The translations under genes were made by a program, and so were the position numbers. The notes beneath the pieces were generated by a model, which saw only the letters and a list, made by a program, of their open reading frames with translations, was not told where the DNA came from and ran no database searches. From assembly GCA_030602585.1 (NCBI GenBank), contig JAUVZJ010000004.1, positions 279-64,278 on the forward strand: DNA of 64,000 bases. The letters run 5' to 3'. Shown here in pieces: positions 58,348 through 64,000 of this stretch (its first letter is position 1; the number at the start of each line of letters is the position of its first letter). Source of the DNA: Candidatus Methanophagales archaeon. Its GTDB lineage: Archaea > Halobacteriota > Syntropharchaeia > Alkanophagales > Methanospirareceae.

Positions 58348-58730
58348 TCCACCTCACAAAGCCGGGATATCGCCTCTGCTAAATCACCTTTTGTTTCGGT
58401 TAAAGTAGCTTTCGCTTCTGCTTCGCTGCACCCTGCCTTTTCCATTACTATTTCCACATCTTCTGGCGAAATACTCACCACAGGCTCAGCCCCAGGCTCA
58501 GATTCCGACTTAGAGCGTTTTACTGGCGTGCCAGTTATTTGATACATCTTCGAACCCGGTGCATCCATAACCGTAACGACGGCATCCTCAAAAACGAGCT
58601 CGGCATCCGCAGTTTTTATCACCACTTCCTCCACATCGCTTAGCTCTTCTACGCTTATGCCCATTTGTTTCATCATCAGGTTTAATTTCTTGGGACTCAA
58701 GCCCATTCCTTTTCTAAATCCACCTCGCAT
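58344..58730 (-). CDS. nac: nascent polypeptide-associated complex protein (NAC alpha homologue with UBA domain)
   Basis: NAC domain (MKQMGISVEEL...VIKTADAELVFEDAVVTVM) and C-terminal UBA-like segment. Confidence 0.75.
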   Translation of the reverse strand: MRGGFRKGMGLSPKKLNLMMKQMGISVEELSDVEEVVIKTADAELVFEDAVVTVMDAPGSKMYQITGTPVKRSKSESEPGAEPVVSISPEDVEIVMEKAGCSEAEAKATLTETKGDLAEAISRLCEVE

Positions 58731-58856
58731 TTTTCTTTACAACCCTGCCTTTTTATTTTTAATAAAAATATCGTTAATATAAAATAAAGAATAAAGCAGG
58801 TCACGCTTATTTACATTTATTGTTCGCTCCGAAAAAGTGACCATAACGAGAGAAAA

Positions 58857-58929
58857 GGGCCCGTGGTCTAGTTGGAATGATGTCGCCTTTACGAGGCGAA
58901 GGTCATGCGTTCGAATCGCATCGGGCCCA
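58857..58929 (+). tRNA. tRNA-Val (anticodon TAC)
   Basis: Acceptor GGGCCCG/CGGGCCC; anticodon stem TCGCC/GGCGA with loop TTTACGA; T-loop TTCGAAT. Confidence 0.75.
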
Positions 58930-59079
58930 TCCATTTACAATTCGACAAAAACCACGAGATTACACAAGATAGCCACAAGAAAATTAGCCAACACTTTTTC
59001 TTTAGAAAAAAGTTTTATCAAAAAAAATCGCAGAAAAAAAAGCGTTTATGGAGAAGAAAAAAGAATGAGGCGTGAGGAA

Positions 59080-59913
59080 TCACGCACTCGGCTTCTCCAT
59101 TAACTTCTTCTTCTTCATTATCGCTCCTGTTCTGGAATGAGGCGTACGAGCTAAGCTGTCAGTTTGCTTTTCCATTTCTCTCGCTTCGAAAGCAAGCTTT
59201 GCCGCTTCTCTTAATAGTTCATGCGCGGCTGCCACCATTGGCACATAGTCTTCAGGGTTCTTCATTACGAAACAGCCCTTCGAATCCATATCCGCTACGC
59301 GCTCCACCATGTTATAAGCCGCAATAGCCTTTGCCTTCGCATACGGATTTGAAAAGTTCGCCCTTTCTACCGCCTTCTCCGCAGTTGCTATTATCTGAGG
59401 TAATTTTACTTCTCCACCTTTCTTTATCGCTTCTATAACGGCGTCAATTTCCTCTTGCATCAATCTTGCTACTCCTGTTATGGACAGAACAGCGAGAACG
59501 TCGGCATTAAACAGACTCATCTCCACGGGGTCTAAAAACTCTCGCCTCGCGCCTATCATCGGGTCACCCGGTATTATAATGTATCCAAACCCTTCTTCCT
59601 TTAACTTATCCACCGCTTTCTTTGCAGGTCCGTCGGAGATAACGATGCAGGGCTTGCCCTTCTCCTTTACCATCTCACGTGCGCGCTTAGGACCAGGAAG
59701 AGCAGCGTTTGGACTGATTATCACCACCACATCCGGGTCCCATTCCATCAAGCGAGAAGTGTCTGCCGCATTTTCTGGCGTCATCTTCGCTCCTGTCCCC
59801 AACACACGAACGTCTATATCCTCTCTGTCTGCTCTCTCGTCAAGCAACAAATCCACTATTCTTGATGCCCCTATGTTTCCCAATTTTACAAATCCAACTT
59901 TTACCACTTGCAT
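59080..59913 (-). CDS. mtd: F420-dependent methylenetetrahydromethanopterin dehydrogenase
   Basis: MQVVKVGFVKLGNIGASRIVDLLLDERADREDIDVRVLGTGAKM is the canonical Mtd N-terminus; 277 aa. Confidence 0.85.
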   Translation of the reverse strand: MQVVKVGFVKLGNIGASRIVDLLLDERADREDIDVRVLGTGAKMTPENAADTSRLMEWDPDVVVIISPNAALPGPKRAREMVKEKGKPCIVISDGPAKKAVDKLKEEGFGYIIIPGDPMIGARREFLDPVEMSLFNADVLAVLSITGVARLMQEEIDAVIEAIKKGGEVKLPQIIATAEKAVERANFSNPYAKAKAIAAYNMVERVADMDSKGCFVMKNPEDYVPMVAAAHELLREAAKLAFEAREMEKQTDSLARTPHSRTGAIMKKKKLMEKPSA

Positions 59914-60012
59914 GTCCGATCACGCTTTATGGTTATGCGCAGAGAAGTATAAAAAAGATAGACATTTCTATTAATATCGGATTAACTCAAATATAACCGA
60001 TACCGATATATA

Positions 60013-60975
60013 ATGGTTTCATTATATCGTTTAACTGAGAAAATGCACAATACCGATACTTTAATCCGAAGTGATTTGCTCGGAAGAATCCAGCGGAAGA
60101 AAGAACGATTAGATACACATAGACCGCTTCCTGAGAGTGCGGCGAGAAAACTTAGAGATGAGTTAAGATTACTGCATACTTATCACTCAAATGCTATTGA
60201 AGGCAATACGCTGACACTTCAAGAAACCAAACTCGTGCTTGAAGAAGGAATGACAATTGGCGGGAAATCGGTAAGAGAACACCTGGAAGCAACCAACCTC
60301 GCCGAGGCTTACGACTTGATAGAAGCAATAGCAAAGGAGGAAAGAGAAATAGAGCATGCAACCATACAGCAAATCCATGAAGTCGTAACCAGAGGCATAG
60401 ATGTTGATGCAGGGAAATACCGTGTTCAAAATGTGAGGATAACCGGGGCAAACAAAACGCCTCCTGACTTCTCAAATGTATATCACCTGATAGATGATTT
60501 GATTGCATTTTTAAAGGACAAAGACAGGAAGGAGCATCCAATAAAAACCGCTGCATTCTTGCATCATAAGCTGGTAGAAATTCATCCGTTCACCGATGGC
60601 AATGGAAGAGTGGCACGCCTTCTCACCAACCTGTATCTTATGAAAAGAGGCTATCCGCCTGTTGTTCTAAGGAAAGAAGACCGGGGGAAATACTATCGTT
60701 TTCTAAGCCTTGCAGATGGAGGAAATCTCGAGCCTTTTGCGAATTTCATTGCTAAATACATAGACGAATCGCTGACACACTATTTGGCGATATTTGGTGG
60801 CATGGACGAGCTGATTTCTCTCGCAGAGTTGGCAAAGGTAAAAGAGTGCCCATACTCACAGGAATATCTCAGTTTGAGAGCGAGACAGGGATTGTTAGAT
60901 GCAGTTAAAATCGGAAGAAAATGGTTCTCAACCAGACGAGCATTGGAGGATTATATCAGGGAACATGTGAAATAA
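60013..60975 (+). CDS. Fic/DOC family protein with C-terminal winged-helix domain
   Basis: Fic motif HPFTDGNGRVARLL. Confidence 0.8.
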   Translation: MVSLYRLTEKMHNTDTLIRSDLLGRIQRKKERLDTHRPLPESAARKLRDELRLLHTYHSNAIEGNTLTLQETKLVLEEGMTIGGKSVREHLEATNLAEAYDLIEAIAKEEREIEHATIQQIHEVVTRGIDVDAGKYRVQNVRITGANKTPPDFSNVYHLIDDLIAFLKDKDRKEHPIKTAAFLHHKLVEIHPFTDGNGRVARLLTNLYLMKRGYPPVVLRKEDRGKYYRFLSLADGGNLEPFANFIAKYIDESLTHYLAIFGGMDELISLAELAKVKECPYSQEYLSLRARQGLLDAVKIGRKWFSTRRALEDYIREHVK

Positions 60976-60980
60976 AAAAA

Positions 60981-61301
60981 TTAAACATTCTTAAGTATCA
61001 ATAATACCCTTGTTGCATCGTTTGGGTCAATATCAGAGTAAGCATAGCTAATAATCTCGTCAGAAATCCGGTCAAAATCTTCCTTGGCTTCTATCTTTAT
61101 CTTAATCACTGTGTATCTCCACGAGTCATCTTCAGCGTCACTTTCTTCTTTTATATCATCAACTGAAAACGGGATTGCGAGTTTTGTAAGCATCTGTGAA
61201 GCTTTTGAAAAGATTTTTGCGACTATCCCCTCATAGATTATCTCGTATTCATTTTGTTTTGATGTTTTCATATTCCCAAGTAAATCTTTGATCCCTTCCA
61301 T
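60981..61301 (-). CDS. hypothetical small acidic protein
   Basis: 106-aa ORF convergent with the Fic gene; no recognisable motifs. Confidence 0.3.
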   Translation of the reverse strand: MEGIKDLLGNMKTSKQNEYEIIYEGIVAKIFSKASQMLTKLAIPFSVDDIKEESDAEDDSWRYTVIKIKIEAKEDFDRISDEIISYAYSDIDPNDATRVLLILKNV

Positions 61302-61434
61302 TTTACCTACGCTTTCACACCTATCTATTATTTATGCTATTATATAAAACGTATAATCTGATAAATGTACCCTTTTCTCTCATCCTGTAACCAAGTTTCT
61401 TTATCGTCGCATGTAATTAGCTTAGGATTAAAAA

Positions 61435-62649
61435 ATGGAAGAGCAAGAACTCATAGATAAAATCGTTAAGGGTGAAGTGAAGTTTCACGAGGTGGAAAAG
61501 CATGTAGATGCAAGGAAGGCGACTGAGTTGAGAAGGCGGGCTTTGGAAGTTCTGACGGAAACACAGTTACACAATCTAAGTGTTTTTTCCATAGATGTAG
61601 AAAGAGCGATGAAAGCGAACACAGAAAATTTTATCGGCGTTGCACAGGTTCCAATGGGCGTTGCGGGACCTGTTCAGGTGAAAGGTGACTCCGCTAACGG
61701 ATTGTATCATATTCCTCTTGCAACGACCGAAGGCGCTCTTGTTGCATCGGTAAACCGGGGATGCACTGTGATAAATAAATCAGGAGGAGCAATTTCTTTC
61801 GTTACACAGGATGGAATGGCGAGAGCACCGGTTTTAAAGGCACGGAATGCCAGTCATGCAAGAGAATCATTGAACTTTATAAATCGCAGCAAGGATAAAC
61901 TAAAGGAAATAGCGGAATCTACATCGAGATTTTTAAAATTAGAAGGAATACAAACATGGATTGTGGGTCGGAATGTGTTTGTGAGATTCGTTTATAAAAC
62001 CGGCGATGCAATGGGCATGAATATGGCTACTATTGCCACTGACGAGGTTATCAAGTTTTTAGAATCCGAATCAGGGCTAAAGCACGTCGCACTTAGCGGG
62101 AACGTATGCGCGGATAAGAAATCGTCCGCATTGAACCTTATCATGGGTAGAGGAAAAACGGTGATTTCTGAGGTTGTTTTGACTCGTGACGTGATAGAAG
62201 AGGTGCTGAAGACTTCACCAGAGGCAATGGCTGACATCGTCTATCGGAAATGCTTAATAGGCAGTGCCCTGGCAGCATCTTATGGGTTCAATGCTCAGTT
62301 CGCTAATGTCATCGCTGCTATATTCATTGCAACGGGTCAAGATGCCGCTCATGTGGTTGAAGGCTCGCAAGGTTTCACTACCGCAGAACTTACCGAGGAG
62401 GGCGATCTTATCTTCTCTGTTACAATTCCTTCGTTACAGGTGGGCACCGTAGGTGGTGGAACTGCATTGGGCACACAAAGAGAAGCACTGGAGATAATCG
62501 GTGTTTATGGCGCTGGCGAGCCCCCAGGCTCAAATGCCACAAAATTCGCAGAGATTGTTGGTGCTGCCGTGCTCGCAGGTGAAGTATCGCTAATAGGTGC
62601 TTTAGGCGCAGGGCATCTGGCAGAAGCGCATGTGAGGTTGAATCGGTGA
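61435..62649 (+). CDS. hmgA: 3-hydroxy-3-methylglutaryl-CoA reductase (class I)
   Basis: HMGR catalytic-domain motifs (ENFIGVAQVPMGVAGP; DAMGMNM; GTVGGGT). Confidence 0.9.
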   Translation: MEEQELIDKIVKGEVKFHEVEKHVDARKATELRRRALEVLTETQLHNLSVFSIDVERAMKANTENFIGVAQVPMGVAGPVQVKGDSANGLYHIPLATTEGALVASVNRGCTVINKSGGAISFVTQDGMARAPVLKARNASHARESLNFINRSKDKLKEIAESTSRFLKLEGIQTWIVGRNVFVRFVYKTGDAMGMNMATIATDEVIKFLESESGLKHVALSGNVCADKKSSALNLIMGRGKTVISEVVLTRDVIEEVLKTSPEAMADIVYRKCLIGSALAASYGFNAQFANVIAAIFIATGQDAAHVVEGSQGFTTAELTEEGDLIFSVTIPSLQVGTVGGGTALGTQREALEIIGVYGAGEPPGSNATKFAEIVGAAVLAGEVSLIGALGAGHLAEAHVRLNR

Positions 62650-62709
62650 TTAAACCCTTTTCTTTTAGAAAAAGAAAAGCGTTTACGGAAAAGAAAAGTT
62701 CTATAAGGT

Positions 62710-64000
62710 TTAATGTGTGAAATACGCTACTACTTCTTTTTCCACAACCGAATCAATCCTGACGAACCCGTATCGTTCGAACTGAACCACATTCCCGAGT
62801 TCCGTAGCAATCAAAGGCTCGCCTATGCCTTCATCTATCCCATCAGGTCTTTTTACCGTGACTTTTATCCCGTCTGCGGGAGCCCATTGGATAACAGGCA
62901 TGTCTGTTGTTGGTTTTGTATCTATATCTATAACCCTTGCCACCAATGGCTTAATGCTCTCTATCTCCACAGTGCAAAGATATTTCAGTCTTATTTTCTG
63001 CCCTTCCTTCATTTTAGCGAAATCGTCACCACTAATGTAAACCGTATCGCCGGTTCTTATCTCACGGTAATCCTCACGTGAAGGATGCTTCAATGCCTTA
63101 GCCACGAAAGAATTACCATCCTTTAGCCTCATTTCTTCTGGATTACGCACAAAAAAGTATCGCATTGCTGTCGCATCCACCATCTTCCTGTTCTCCGCAT
63201 ACAAATTCTTCATGCTTACCGCGATGTCAGTTTGCGTGATGCCAGTAGAGATAAAGAACTTACGAATCGCTTCTGGCTGAAAACCTCTTCTACGAAGTGC
63301 CTTTAGCGTTGGAAGTCTCGGGTCGTCCCAGCCTTCGTATTCACCGCGCTCTATCTTTTTTCTTAACTCGGAAGTGCTGAATTTACCGAACTCTTGCATT
63401 TTTATCTTCCCCCAGTGCATTGTTATCGGATACTTCCAGCCGAGATGCTCGTATAAAAACCGTTGCCGCTTTTCCGATTTCATCAGGTCTTTTCCCCTTA
63501 TTATATGCGTTATGCCGAGCAAGTGGTCTTCTATTGCAGATTCAAAGTCCAGAGTTGGCCATACCTCGTATTTTTCGCCAACCCGCGGATGCTCTTTTTT
63601 TAAAATTCTGAAGGCGACCCAATCGCGTAAAGCCGGGTCTTCACTTGCCATGTCCGTTTTTATCCTCAGCACAGCTTCTTTTTCTTCATAAACACCGCTC
63701 AACATCTTTTCCCAGCAGTCCTTATTTTCTTCAACATTCACCGTTCTATGGGGACATGGTTCTTTGTGGTCTTTATACTGTTTAAAAGTATCCGCAGGGC
63801 AAAAACAGACATACGCCGCACCCTTTTTTATCAGCTCCTCCGCATATTCGTAATACTTATCCACACGTTCCGATGCCACTTTTACTTCATCTGGTTCGGC
63901 ATCCAGCCAGGCGCAATCCTCAAGATACCAGTCATAAGCCTCTAACAGAGGTCTCTTCAATACCGGGTCTGTGTCATCAAACCTCAGAATGAATTTCCCA
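62710..64000 (-). CDS. gltX: glutamyl-tRNA synthetase, archaeal type (N-terminus beyond window end)
   Basis: Class I catalytic core remnants and anticodon-binding beta-barrel; the ORF continues past position 64000. Confidence 0.7.
   Translation of the reverse strand, partial: GKFILRFDDTDPVLKRPLLEAYDWYLEDCAWLDAEPDEVKVASERVDKYYEYAEELIKKGAAYVCFCPADTFKQYKDHKEPCPHRTVNVEENKDCWEKMLSGVYEEKEAVLRIKTDMASEDPALRDWVAFRILKKEHPRVGEKYEVWPTLDFESAIEDHLLGITHIIRGKDLMKSEKRQRFLYEHLGWKYPITMHWGKIKMQEFGKFSTSELRKKIERGEYEGWDDPRLPTLKALRRRGFQPEAIRKFFISTGITQTDIAVSMKNLYAENRKMVDATAMRYFFVRNPEEMRLKDGNSFVAKALKHPSREDYREIRTGDTVYISGDDFAKMKEGQKIRLKYLCTVEIESIKPLVARVIDIDTKPTTDMPVIQWAPADGIKVTVKRPDGIDEGIGEPLIATELGNVVQFERYGFVRIDSVVEKEVVAYFTH

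Noticed and set aside
58737-58934. 65-aa minus-strand ORF
   Set aside because: It is fully overlapped by the well-folded tRNA-Val on the opposite strand, so it is spurious.
1-64000. CRISPR arrays or cas genes
   Set aside because: No regularly spaced direct repeats and no Cas-like proteins were seen anywhere in the window.

Overview
This 64-kb window looks like an archaeal chromosome segment, probably from a methanogen- or ANME-type euryarchaeon. Supporting genes include Mtd, the F430-biosynthesis pair CfbD/CfbE, HMG-CoA reductase, type-2 IPP isomerase, a UPF0107 small-subunit-like protein, archaeal ProRS/GluRS, aIF-1A-Rio1-KH, GyrA, and proteins with PGF-CTERM sorting signals. Background GC is roughly 45-50% (judged by eye). 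I count about 65 protein-coding genes and four tRNAs: His(GUG), Thr(CGU), Val(UAC), and an Arg(CCU) that carries a 43-nt anticodon-loop intron. Most genes are housekeeping: amino-acid, cofactor and riboflavin synthesis, translation, and SRP receptor/prefoldin. There is also a feoAB-dtxR iron locus with candidate operators, two PGF-CTERM surface proteins (one a lamin-tail/SNase extracellular nuclease), and a split MMPL/RND exporter. The stand-out region is an AT-rich, single-strand gene island at about 24.55-28.4 kb. It encodes six co-oriented ORFs without database-obvious functions. By eye they carry nuclease-type motifs: a PD-(D/E)xK-like core, a GIY-YIG module, two adjacent Rx4H (HEPN-like) proteins, and a small-ORF plus PIN pair. 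Partial gene duplications lie nearby. I interpret this island as a horizontally acquired candidate novel defence or abortive-infection system. Other irregularities include a duplicated gene 3' end flanking a 560-bp AT-rich spacer, an orphan ATP-synthase c-subunit paralogue, and a vapBC pair inserted between cfbD and cfbE.
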